Below are positions 11,391-24,104 of a stretch of DNA of 64,000 nt, piece by piece. The notes under the pieces are model-generated. The model was not told the origin of the DNA, ran no database searches, and was given only the letters and a program-made list of their open reading frames with translations. The translations under genes and the position numbers were made by a program. The first letter of the stretch is position 1; each line of letters begins with the position of its first letter. Origin of the DNA: Mobula hypostoma (taxonomy: Eukaryota); the NCBI RefSeq assembly GCF_963921235.1, contig NC_086097.1:36210001-36274000 (forward strand), in the 5' to 3' direction.

Positions 11391-13789
11391 CCTAATAACT
11401 CCCCTTTTCTTCATTGAAATGCCAGACAGGACATTAGTTTAACACCCTGTCAGAAACCTCGCAACTTCAAAAGTGCACGACTTCCTCAGCACTATAGTGG
11501 AGCATTAGCCATGATGTTCAGTGCTTTATGTCCCTGAAGAATGCCCTGGACCTAAACAAGTACCCAGCTCAGAGGTGCGATTTTTTCCAACCAGCCACAG
11601 CCGATCCAGAGGATGTGGAAAGAGTAAAGTCTGCTTATTGTAAAACCCAATTAAAACTAAAATGTGTTATGGCACAGTAATGATGCTGAACAATTAGATG
11701 GGCCGTCTGTTGGCTATTTAAATACAATTCAAGATAGAATTAATAGCCAGTCACAGGAATGGCTCCCAGTTACCTTCCTTCACATGAACTCTCACATGCT
11801 GTGAATATCAACATTTCTACACAATCCCCACAACTGGATCCACTGAACCCTCTAACATTTTCAATTCTGCTCTTCATCAACACTTTCAATCACCTAAATC
11901 TCCAAAAAAAAGAGAATTCCTTTCAAAAGGTACAAATCTCTTACTAGGAGGACTTACCTTCAAGTCCTTACTGGCCCTGACCATGTACTCACTGGAGTTC
12001 CTAAGAACTGGGCGGGGGAGGGGGGGGGCTCATTGAAACCTATTGAACATTTAAGGGTGGATGTGGAGAGGACGCTTCCTATTGTGGAGGAGTCCAGGAC
12101 CAGAGGGCACAGTCTCAGAACAGAGGAACGTCCATTTAGCTCCGGAGGTACTAGCCTCCATAATATCCAAGACATCTTCAAGGAGCAGTGCCTCTGAAAC
12201 GTGGTGACATATGCTTGTGATATTAAACCTGATCCTGATTCTGATATAGTGTGGAATTTCTTTAGTCAGAAGCCAGTGAATCTGTGCAATTCATTGCCAT
12301 GGACGGCTGTGGAGGCCAAGGCACTGGGCATACTTAAAGTGGAAGTTCAAAAAAGGTTCAAAGGTTCATTTATTATCAAATTATACAACTCTGAGTTTCC
12401 TCAATTCTTCAGGTAGCCATGAAACCAAGAAAGAAAGGCAGCACAATCATCAATCCCCAAGTCCCACCCCCCCAAAAAAGAGAAAAAAAATAGAATAGGC
12501 ACATGCCCCCTCCCCCAATTCCTCCTGCACAAAACAAATCAGGCAAATCAACTCCTAAATCCCTCTTATAAATCCATGTCACTCCATTCCCTATCCAATA
12601 TGAACAAAAAGTTCAGGAAGCATTAAACATACTGTTTAGGAAGCGTTTTCCAAAAAGCAATCTCTTCCCAGGAAAATACATTTTTAATGGTAGAAACTAT
12701 GAGTTTTTGTATACTTTGTTGAAAATTGCAATTTTATTTTTGCACCAAGAAATTGCCTCCCACCTTGAGGTCAAAGGTACCAAAATGCATTTGTATTTTT
12801 GAACAAGTATTATCTTTGAGTTCACCAAAATGATTACTGGCTGGCTCCTTTACATACAAACTGACTCAATGCTTTCAAATGCCTTGGCTCATGTTTAATA
12901 AAGGAGAAAATATTTTTAATGTTATAAATATGTTTAATGAAGTTAATTTCAATTTTAAGCAAGCAACAGAAAGAGCCAACTGAAGGATCTTTACACATGT
13001 ATCTGCCTGGAAGTATTTTAGATTGCAGTTAACTAGATCAAGATTCTGGAACTTCTTACCAACCAGCACTGTGGGTGGGCCGTGAATACACCAAATACCT
13101 CTCCAAAAGTGTTGTGTGTTAAATGCTGGCCTTATCAACAATGTTCTCGTTTCCAAGAGTTAAAAGAAACACCAGAGTTTATAGTATTGACCTGATTACG
13201 AAATTATTTAGGCTATGAAATACTATGCAACAATAGTTGGTATACAGAACTATATGTCTAGAGATATCCCAAAAATACGTACTTTAACAAACTCATGTCC
13301 AAATGACTTCCATATTTCTGAATCGATCAATGGTGCTAAGATCAATGGCTTTGACAGGTTAAGAAAATGGGTAGTATCACACTAGATAATTCTTTTGTGG
13401 GGCAATCCACCACAGAATAAATAACATCCAAATATTATTTAAATGATAAAAGCCTGGAACAAAGCAGGTCCAAAGGTATTTAGGGGTCCATATAAATAGT
13501 GCATTAGAGTAATCATATTGTAATATTGATCAAAAATGCTAATGAACCAGTAAAGGATAAGACTATAAAGGGAAGAAAGATTTGCTAATCAGCTATACAC
13601 AGCACTGGATAGACAACACAAAGCACACAAGGAACTCAGCAGGCCAGGCAGCATTTGTGAAGAAAAAGGCACCGGAGATGGTACCAACATGTGTGGGTTG
13701 GCACACTTTCACTGGCATCTACAAGCAAGAAAGGAGAATAGCTGAGCTTCTGATACAAGGGACTAGAAGTCAGCAGTGCATACTCCGCA

Positions 13790-14480
13790 GTAATTCAGGA
13801 GAGACTCAATTTGATGGAAAGTGGCACTCAGCCCCAGTGCCAATTACAGCCTCACACTGGCATTCCGGGTATTTCCAAGAAAATTTCTTCCATAATGATT
13901 TGGATTCATTTCTCTCTGATTAGCTCTTGGGCCCCAAACATTGATGCACTCACAAAAGCAGCACAGCAGTGGCTCTATTTCATTATGAATCTGAGTAGAT
14001 TTGGTATGCCACCAAAGACTCTTGCAAACTTCCAGAAGTACAGTGGAGAGCATTCTGAATGTTGCATCACAGCCTGGAATGGAGGCTCCAATGCACCAGA
14101 TCGCAAGACTCATCATGGGCACAAACCTCCACACTATTGAGGATATCTTTAAGGAGGCAGAACAACCAATTTCACAACATATGCCAGTGATATTAAACCC
14201 AATTCTGACTCTGATTCAATAAGGTGGCATCTACCAGTAAGAGACATGTTCTGTTACTACCATTAGGGAGGAGGTACACGTGTCTGAAGACCCATACTCA
14301 ATGATGCAGAAACTGCTTCAAATGCTGCACCATCGGGTTTCCAAATGGTCCATGAAAACTACCTCACGATATATTTATTTTTAATTCATAGTAACTTTAT
14401 GTCTTTGCACTATACTGCTGCTGCAAAACAACAAATTTCATACCATACAAGACAGTGATAATAAAGCTGATCTGACTCGC
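13790..14480 (+). mobile_element. Degenerate Rex1/Babar 3' fragment
   Basis: SWAPNIDALTKAAQQWLYF..CCITAWNG resembles the C-terminus of ORF 56764-57894. Confidence 0.65.
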
Positions 14481-16377
14481 TCTTAGTTTTATGTGGGTGC
14501 TATGCTACATGAAAATCCATATGAATAGGTTGATGTTTCAATGTGTCTCATAATGGCTACATGTGGTTTCCAATTTATCTTCTTTTGATCTGTATACATT
14601 ATCCTTAACTCACTGATCTATTGACGTGTCCTGAATATTTTCAACATGTTGTGTTTCAGATTTGCGTAATTTTCAGATTGAAACAATACTAATCAATGCT
14701 TCCAATTATATTTAATTTTACTTTTCCATCTGTTTTAATCAAATTTAAACACATTCCAGTAGCCTTGCAACAAAAGAAATCTGAAATAAACAACATGAAA
14801 TTTTGCACAATTCGTTGCCCCTTGCTTTATTTAATCCAAGTTCTATAACAATACATACCCAAAGATATGAAGAAATGTGGTTTGCAGCTTCCTCTGACAA
14901 TATAATCCCTGCTCTTTTATGCATTATGCATTGAGTGCAACAGGATTTACAGTAAAGCAAGAGTATACGTATTGTTATAGTGCTTCTGTATAAAATGCGG
15001 CAGAGCATTTCACTGGAATTCCTACTCTTACAAAACAGCAAACCACCCACCACCCCTCCCCCCCCCCCACAGCTCCTAAACATTTCACAAGGCAGAAAAT
15101 GCTAAAAGCACTCAGCAGGTCATATAGAATCCATGGAAAGAAAGTCAGCATTTCAGGTCAAAGAGGATGAAAGGTCTTTGATCTGAAATTCTGTTTTTCT
15201 TTTCAGAGATGCTGTCTGACCTGCAAACTTCTATTTCCATTTCAGATTTTCAGTATTTGCAGTTCTTTAATTTTCATCACAGAAGGCATTATGGAACCAG
15301 ACACAACCATTTTCAACCAAAAGGCCCTTTAAGTTATTATAGAACAGTGGTAGATACAATTAAAAAAGATCACTTAAATTTAAATGGCTTAAAAATCCTC
15401 ACAACTACAACTGTGAGCAGATTGCTAATAACAAGCAGAATCATTAAGTATCACAGAAGGGCAAAATGACCCCCACTGAATGGAAAGCAGCCTGCTCACT
15501 TTTACTTCGGAGTTTATTCAAATAATCTCGATTTACAAAATGATAAGGCTGTAACCCTGAATGGTAGATACTATAGACAACACAAGAAGTCTGTTAAAAT
15601 GAGAAGTATCTTATAAGTAAAACTAGTATTTTGTGCTTGGTCTCAACAAGAAATCAGTAAATTAGAGGCCAACAAGAGGGAAGGGAAGAGAAAAACTAAG
15701 CAGGAGCAAATAATATAAAAATATTTTGGAAAAAATGGAAGTAAAATCTGTAAAGTTGTGTAAATCAGTGAAAATGTTAATTGAAAACTTAAGTACATGT
15801 TGGAAGTACTTAAGCACCAAATTGGTACATTTTTGAGAACATTTCAAACGTGTCTTAAGACAATTAAATAGAGTTGGTCAAGGGATAAGAAAATATCACA
15901 GTTAATAAATTGCATACTATTAAGAAAACTATTCTTAAGAGCGTTCTTGGTAAGCATCCAGAAATATATAACAGGATAAACCTAGAACACTTAAAGTGAT
16001 AAGTAAATTAGCAGTATATAATGCAAACACTTGTAAAACTTTTTGGTATATTTTGAGATCCGAGGGCCAATTCCCTATTAGTTTGAGTTCTGCTACCATA
16101 CAAGGAAAATGTGGTAACAGTTGTGTTGTGATTTGTCATTCAAAGAGTCTTGGGGCTCCTCATACAGCAGCACACAAGAGATTACAGAAGCTGAAACATC
16201 TGAAAGCCTCAATTTCAGTGGGAATCACTGATGCCAGCTAAATTCGCCCATTGGAATTGGACATTGGGTGCTCCTAGTAGAATAAATGCTAAACATCACC
16301 ACACTTGAATTTGTCTTGTATCTGTAGTCATATTACATTGACTGGTACTACAGCATTCAAAGATGATATAATGTATA

Positions 16378-17710
16378 TACTCAGTGGCCACTTTATTAGG
16401 TACACCAGTGTGACCTTCTGCTGCTGCTGTAGCAGATCCACTTCAAGGTTTGATGTCTTGTGCATTCAGAGAGGCTTTTCTGCAGACTACCGTTGTAATG
16501 TGTGGTTACTCCAGTTTCTGTCTCCTTCCTGTCAGCTTGAACCAGTCTGGCCATTCTCCTCACACCTCTCTCAATAACAATGTGTTTTTGCCCACAGAAC
16601 ATCCGCTTACTAAATCTTTTTTGTTTTTCTGCACCATTCTCTACTTTTTCTACTCTCGTACATTCTAGAGACCATTATGTTTGAAAGCACCAGGAGATCC
16701 GCAGTTTCTGAGATACTCAAACCACCCCGTCTGGCACTAACAATCATTCCACAATCGAAGTCACTTACATGACATTTCTTCCCCATTCCGATGTTTCATC
16801 TGAACAACCATGTCTGCATGCTTTTATGTATTGAGTTGCTGCCACATTATTGGCAAACTGCATGGCCATGCACTTTGGTAGTAGAAATAAATGTGCGCAC
16901 TAGTTTCTATACAGGGAGAAAATCCAGGAATCTGAGATGCAGAGGGACTTGGGAGTCCTTGTGCAGAACAGCCTGAAGGTTAATTTGCAGGTTGAGTCGG
17001 TAGTGAGGAAGGCTGATGCCATGTTAGCATTCATTTCAAGAGGTCAAGAATACAAGAGCAAGGATGTGATGCTGAGGCTTTATAAGGCACTGGTGAGGCC
17101 TCACTGAGTATTGTGAACAGTTTTGGGCCCCTCACCTTAGAAAAGATGTGCTGGCATTGGAGAGGGTCCAGAGGAGGTTCACAAGGATGATTCCAGGAAT
17201 GAAAGGGTTATCAACAAGGAATGTTTGATGGCTCTGGGTCTGTACTTGCTGGAATTCAAAGGATGAGGGGGAACCTCAATGAAACCTTTCAAATGTTGAA
17301 AAGCCAGACAGAGTAGATGTGGTAAGGATGTTTCCCATGGTGGGAGTGTCTAGGACAAGAGGGGACAGCCTCAGGATAGAGAGGCACCCTTTCAAAACAG
17401 AGATGTGGATAAAATTTTTTAGACAAAGAGTGGTGCATTTGTGGAATTTGTTGCCTCATGCAGCTGTAGAGGGCAGGTCGTTGGGTGTATTTAAGGCAGA
17501 GATTGATAGGTTACTGAATGGACATGGCATCAAAGGTTACGGGGAGAAGGCCAGGAACTGAGGTTGAGGACATAGAAAAAAGGGTCAGCTATGATTGAAT
17601 GGCGGAGCAAACTCGATGAGCCAGATGACCTAATTCTACTCATATGTTTTATGGTCTTATTAGATATTTGCATTACGAGCAAGTATACAGTTGTACCTAA
17701 TAAAGTGGCA
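16378..17710. mobile_element. Tc1/mariner-derived element, split by a CR1 insertion
   Basis: Inverted ends gccactttattaggtaca (about 16387-16404) and tgtacctaataaagtggc (17692-17709). Minus-strand ERGVRRMARLVQADRK..SLSECTRHQTLKW is Tc1 HTH-like. Confidence 0.65.
16855..17660 (+). mobile_element. CR1 3' fragment
   Basis: Closely parallels the reverse complement of about 46030-46830 and ends in a tatggtctta tail. Confidence 0.85.
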
Positions 17711-17919
17711 CGGACCTTATGTTTATCAGCAACACAATACACATACTTCAAAACCCTCAAGATCTTAATGACATAAATCAAGTAGCCTCAAAATTCCAGC
17801 AGGTAAAAGCCTGTCCTGTCCAATCTTTCCTCAAACTGTGAGGGTTATTTGGTTATTCTGCTAAACTTCTCTCAACTGTTAACTCGTGGAGTAGGTTTAT
17901 GGAGATCAGTACAACAACA

Positions 17920-18336
17920 TGGGCTGAAGTGGACACAGCTCAGTCCATCATAGGGAAAGCCTTCACCACCAAAGACAACTACATGAGCACTGTCACGAGA
18001 AAGCAGCATCCATCACCAAGGTCCCCCACCACCCAAGGCCATGTTCTCTTCTCGCTGCTGCCATCAGGAAGAAGGTGCAGGAGCCTCAAGACCCACACAC
18101 CTGGTTCAGGAACAGTTATTATCCCTCACCCATCAAGAAACAGAGGGAATAAGTTCTCTCACCCCAACACAGAACTGTGTCCACAAATCTATGGGCTCAC
18201 TTTAAAGGACTCATCTTACGTTCTCGGGATTTATTACTTTTTTTTCATAGTATTTACTGTGAATGCCCACAAGAAAATTAATCTCAGGGTTGCATATGGT
18301 GACATGGATGTGCTTTGATAATAAATTTACTTTGAA
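17920..18336 (+). mobile_element. Rex1-like 3' fragment
   Basis: GHVLFSLLPSGRRCRSLKT motif, followed by aataaa and a tttgaac tail. Confidence 0.65.
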
Positions 18337-18829
18337 CTGTGCTTTATTGTTTACAATGTGTTGAAACCTTCCTAAAATAACAAAATCAATACTATACACA
18401 CTGTATTCAAGTTATGGTCTCACCAATCCCCTACATAATTGATTCATTCTTCTCATAATTAGTAATATTGTTAGTATCCCAAGAATTTGTTGAATCTACA
18501 TTCGAGTCTTTTTTGAATTATGCACACCTTATATCCTCTGCAACGCTGATGTTATTTAGATAAGGTTTGATTGAAAAATACCTAATAATGTTGGTTAATT
18601 AGATGTCCTTTTTATTTTTTCAATTTTGTGTTTGCTCACAATATACTCAATTTACCAGATCTTTTCCCATTCACTTAACGCTATGCACATATTGTGACTT
18701 AAATCCCTACCTATTTTGTGCCACCAGCAAATTCAGCCACAGAACCATTGGTTTCTTCATCCACATAACTTACAAAAAAATTCCCTTTCAAAAACTGTGT
18801 TGAATTTGCCTAGATTTTATTTTTTTTTA

Positions 18830-19096
18830 ATTGACATACAATGCGGAATAGGCCCTTCCAACCAGGCAACCCTGCAATCCCCAAATTTAATCCTAGCCTA
18901 ATGATAGGACAATTTGCAATGACCGATAAAACCTGTCAACCAGCACGTCTTTGGACTGTGGGAGGAAACTGGAAAACCTGGAGTAAACCCATGTGATCAC
19001 GGGGAGAACATACTCCTTACAGGCAATTGCAGGAATTGAACTTGGGTCACTGGTACAGTAAAGTTTTGTGCTAACCAATATGCTACCCTGCCACCC
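18830..19096 (-). mobile_element. HE1/V-type tRNA-derived SINE
   Basis: Reverse complement of the 43463 SINE, including the V-domain-like ttctccccgtgatcacatgggtttactccagg..tttcctccca. Confidence 0.7.
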
Positions 19097-19135
19097 CAAA
19101 TAAAATTCCTCAATTTATTTTCTTTTACTGCCCTC

Positions 19136-19391
19136 ACCAGCTGGTGGCGTAGTGACATCAGTGCTGGACTTCGGGGCAAGAGGTCCCGAGTTTGAATCCA
19201 GCAGGCTCCCTTACACACTCTCCATTTGTGCCTGGGTTGAGTGTCGAGCTAACAACTTGACCTCGTTAAAAAAACCTGGAGAGGGATGGGCTCTGCCAGA
19301 TCTCAGATGCACAAGACACGCCGTACGATGAGCATACTAAAAAAAAAAAGCTTGTCATAACGGCGACCCGACGACTCCACCAGGTTAAGGG

Positions 19392-19433
<42 letters not shown>
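19136..19433 (+). mobile_element. tRNA-derived SINE with (GC)n(AC)n tail
   Basis: A-box-like TGGCGTAGTGA and B-box-like GAGTTTGAATCC. The head resembles tRNA-Pro (CTTCGGG..AGAGGTCCCG). Ends in a microsatellite. Confidence 0.6.
19391..19433. repeat. (GC)n(AC)n microsatellite
   Basis: gcgcgcgcgc followed by about 16 AC units. Confidence 0.95.
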
Positions 19434-19436
<3 letters not shown>

Positions 19437-20998
19437 ATCCAACTATCTGTGGCTTCATGCTATGCCTGCCTTCTTTTTGGAATACAAGGGCTATTTTCCA
19501 ATCTCAAAGAACATCTTCCAAATCTATAGAACTTTATAAACTTAAAACCAACACATTAATCATCTAACCACTTATTTCTTTTAAGAGGCTAGGAGGTCCA
19601 CCAATTCACAGACTTGTTAACCCACTGCTTCAACCGCTTCCTTGATGATTGTGATCCAGCTGTTTCTGCTACTTTACCTGTACCATCCCAAGACTGACTG
19701 AAAGCTCTTTACTTGCAGCTTTTAATTTCCTCTCTCTTTACCAAACCAGTTTGCCATTAACGCTTCCTACTCAATAGGCTATTGAAACAATTTGCTATTA
19801 CACTTCTAGCCAGCTTTATTTCATTTAGATTTTCCCTTATAAATATACGTCATTTTCAGCAGTTTCCTAATACTGTACAGTTTCCTATACTAACCTGTCA
19901 CCTAACTTAGTGAAATTATGTACCTTTAAGTGTGGTACAATCTTTGGATTTTTAAAATATAATTTAACCATGTTAGATACTCACCTTAGAAGTTTTCCTT
20001 CCTGTAAGATTGCATTTATTTTGTGTTTTTTTTTCCAGATCAAGTGAGCCTGCTCTGATAGCATCCATAATTGCCCACATACAGGATTTAAATAATAGTC
20101 ATGGATATATTGTTATCTAACTTAAAACTGAATATATAATACTATCACATAATAAGCACTGCTACCTAAGGGGAACCTCATTGAGGTTATTCGTTTTTTA
20201 AATATTTTCTCTGATGCACTAGAACAGCACCAGAGTAATTTCAGAGGCTTGTACTTTCCCATCACCTTAATATTCTGTCAAATCCCTAGTGCACTCTTAA
20301 ACCTTTATATCCACTTCTTCATAAAACAAGACTTCCGCCTCTGATTTCACTCTCCTCTAATAGCTACTTCAGCCTGTTACTGGAACCCTTTTATTAGCCT
20401 TGTTTTTAAATTTCAATAAATCCATTTCATTTCTGGTCAGCTTCCCATCCAATTCATTGCCCACATCCTCTGCTGCATCAAGGAAGGAGAATCTGCCTGG
20501 GGTCTACCTCAACCTCTATTAACCATTAAAGGCTTGAAGAGGTTAGCAGCAACATAACTGTTCTATCGTCATCCAGAATATATTGTCACATCCAACACTG
20601 ACCCTTCTTCACTCTACAGGCTGGTGCAAATTTAACCACCGCTTGTTAAACTATGGCTTTTGAAGCATTCATGAGGACTTCAATATCCTTTTTTAATCAC
20701 AGCAAATACTTATGCCTTCAACAGTTAACATATTTGGGAGAAATTTGCTTTAGGCCAGTTCTCATTAAGTATACCAGTACATCACCAAGTGAAAGTAGCT
20801 AATAAAATACACTTATTATTGACTGAAATAGAAAGTCATTTGTTATAAGTTCCATGTTCTACTGTTCCCATACATGGTGCATGAAGGGGCAAAGGCGGGT
20901 TTCTGGTGCCTTAAAACCAGTCATTATGGGCAGAAGGGACTTGTCAACAGTGGTTGGCAGCTCATCTAGAAGAAAATACACAGACCTCAGACCTCCAC

Positions 20999-23900
20999 TA
21001 CCTTGCGGCTAAACCAACTCATGGAAAAAGCTTTAGGAGTAAACATAGAGAAAAATTCTGGAGTTGGAGTCTCTAAGGACGCCCTATATTGAGTTCAACG
21101 CTAATTGACAACTCCTGTGACACCACTAGTGCCAAACTGTATCAGGGTCTGCCGATCCTTTGCATTCATGAGCTGCATGGAGGTGGGGAGCCTGCTGCAC
21201 GGGCAACTGCTTGCTCTCCATATTGTACTGCCCTGGCTCGTGTACTGGCTTGAGCATTAACATCACTTTGGAGTGCTGACACTATTCAGGAGAGGACACC
21301 TCATGACATTAGCACAACATGGGAAGCAGCGGTCACCGATTATAAGCCACTACACTCAATTTACATAGAGCCTGGCATCTGGGATTGCTTCCAATGTTGG
21401 GAGGGATTCTTGGATCTCACTGCACAGCTCTCATCTGCAATAAGCTGGGCAGCCCTCAGTCAAAAAGGCACTGTCGCCACGGTCTTCTTTCCTCATTGGG
21501 ATTAGGTATTATCCAAACTGCAGACAGAAAACTCGCACCATCCAAAACACAATGAAAGAGACCAACTCTAAAACTGGGATACTGGAATGTTCAGACAATG
21601 ATGACTGGCCTCTCTGATAACCTCCAAGACATCAGTAATGTCAAGAAAACAGCTGTAATAAACCAGGAACTCAAAACACTTCATGTGGACAGAGCCACTC
21701 TCCAGGAGATGAACTAGCTGAAAAAGGATCTCGAGCTTTCTCGGCGTATGTGGTGCATAAACTCTTCTCGGGCTTCCAGCTTGGTCCCGGTGTCAATTTT
21801 GACTGGTGTTGTTTCGATGACAAACTCCGCCATCTTCAACACGGATGAATGCTGAGGTATGTCTAGTCTGGTGGTAAATAGACTCAGTTCCCATCGTTCA
21901 TCCCTCTTGATTGATTACTCCTCAACCAATCAGGCTTCTGCTGTCCCACCTCATTTAAAATTGTATTCCAGTTCTTACTTGGAGCTTAGAAGCTCAAAAC
22001 CTAGTATATGGATCAAAGATGACCTGGAACTCAAGACGTCTGGCATTTACAGGATGAATGGGGAGCAGCATATATAGGCCAGACATGGAAACCCACATTA
22101 AGGAGCACAGGAGGTGTATCCGTTTGGGTTACCCAGAGAAATCAGCGGTAGCAGAACATTGCATACGTAATACAAACAGGATTGACTTCAACAGCGCGAA
22201 ACTACTGTGCTGTGCCAATGGATGCTGGGATTGCTTGGTGAAGGAAGCAATTGAAATAAAACTAGAGAATAAGAATTTCAACAAAGGCCTCGCTCTAAGT
22301 AAGAAATGGAATACCACACGCGGCATCTAGCTGACTCACGTACACTCAAGGAGAAAAACACCTTTTTTCTGGCAAGGGAAGAGCCTGGAGCAGGCTTTAC
22401 AATAAGGAACACATTGTTGAAGATGGTGGAACCAACAAGCAGTGGATCTGAGCGAATTCTTACTCTTCGCCTCAACAACCCCGAAGGTCCAGTTCCTTAA
22501 TCAGTGTGTACGCTCCCACGTTGTGCTCCACGTCTGAGGCAAAGGATGAGTTACCTTGCGGCTAAACCAACTCATGGAAAAAGCTTTAGGAGTAAACATA
22601 GAGAAAAATTCTGGAGTTGGAGTCTCTAAGGACGCCCTATATTGAGTTCAACGCTAATTGACAACTCCTGTGACACCACTAGTGCCAAACTGTATCAGGG
22701 TCTGCCGATCCTTTGCATTCATGAGCTGCATGGAGGTGGGGAGCCTGCTGCACGGGCAACTGCTTGCTCTCCATATTGTACTGCCCTGGCTCGTGTACTG
22801 GCTTGAGCATTAACATCACTTTGGAGCGCTGACACTATTCAGGAGAGGACACCTCATGACATTAGCACAACATGGGAAGCAGCGGTCACCGATTATAAGC
22901 CACTACACTCAATTTACATAGAGCCTGGCATCTGGGATTGCTTCCAATGTTGGGAGGGATTCTTGGATCTCACTGCACAGCTCTCATCTGCAATAAGCTG
23001 GGCAGCCCTCAGTCAAAAAGGCACTGTCGCCACGGTCTTCTTTCCTCATTGGGATTAGGTATTATCCAAACTGCAGACAGAAAACTCGCACCATCCAAAA
23101 CACAATGAAAGAGACCAACTCTAAAACTGGGATACTGGAATGTTCAGACAATGATGACTGGCCTCTCTGATAACCTCCAAGACATCAGTAATGTCAAGAA
23201 AACAGCTGTAATAAACCAGGAACTCAAAACACTTCATGTGGACAGAGCCACTCTCCAGGAGATGAACTAGCTGAAAAAGGATCTCGAGCTTTCTCGGCGT
23301 ATGTGGTGCATAAACTCTTCTCGGGCTTCCAGCTTGGTCCCGGTGTCAATTTTGACTGGTGTTGTTTCGATGACAAACTCCGCCATCTTCAACACGGATG
23401 AATGCTGAGGTATGTCTAGTCTGGTGGTAAATAGACTCAGTTCCCATCGTTCATCCCTCTTGATTGATTACTCCTCAACCAATCAGGCTTCTGCTGTCCC
23501 ACCTCATTTAAAATTGTATTCCAGTTCTTACTTGGAGCTTAGAAGCTCAAAACCTAGTATATGGATCAAAGATGACCTGGAACTCAAGACGTCTGGCATT
23601 TACAGGATGAATGGGGAGCAGCATATATAGGCCAGACATGGAAACCCACATTAAGGAGCACAGGAGGTGTATCCGTTTGGGTTACCCAGAGAAATCAGCG
23701 GTAGCAGAACATTGCATACGTAATACAAACAGGATTGACTTCAACAGCGCGAAACTACTGTGCTGTGCCAATGGATGCTGGGATTGCTTGGTGAAGGAAG
23801 CAATTGAAATAAAACTAGAGAATAAGAATTTCAACAAAGGCCTCGCTCTAAGTAAGAAATGGAATACCACACGCGGCATCTAGCTGACTCACGTACACTC

Positions 23901-24104
23901 AAGGAGAAAAACACCTTTTTTCTGGCAAGGGAAGAGCCTGGAGCAGGCTTTACAATAAGGAACACATTGTTGAAGATGGTGGAACCAACAAGCAGTGGAT
24001 CTGAGCGAATTCTTACTCTTCGCCTCAACAACCCCGAAGGTCCAGTTCCTTAATCAGTGTGTACGCTCCCACGTTGTGCTCCACGTCTGAGGCAAAGGAT
24101 GAGT
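20999..24104. repeat. Tandem duplication of 1553 bp (20999-22551, 22552-24104)
   Basis: Identical ORF sets offset by 1553. Only one mismatch was noticed by eye (T21274 vs C22827). Confidence 0.95.
21722..22326. mobile_element. Penelope fragment (GIY-YIG region) inserted in the RTE; second copy at 23275-23879
   Basis: IKEHRRCIRLGYPEKSAVAEH..EAIEIK is typical of the PLE GIY-YIG C-terminus. Flanked by CTAGCTGA at 21714-21721 and 22327-22334. Confidence 0.8.

Noticed and set aside
19136..19212. Possible tRNA gene
   Set aside because: No clean cloverleaf, and it continues into a SINE body and microsatellite tail.
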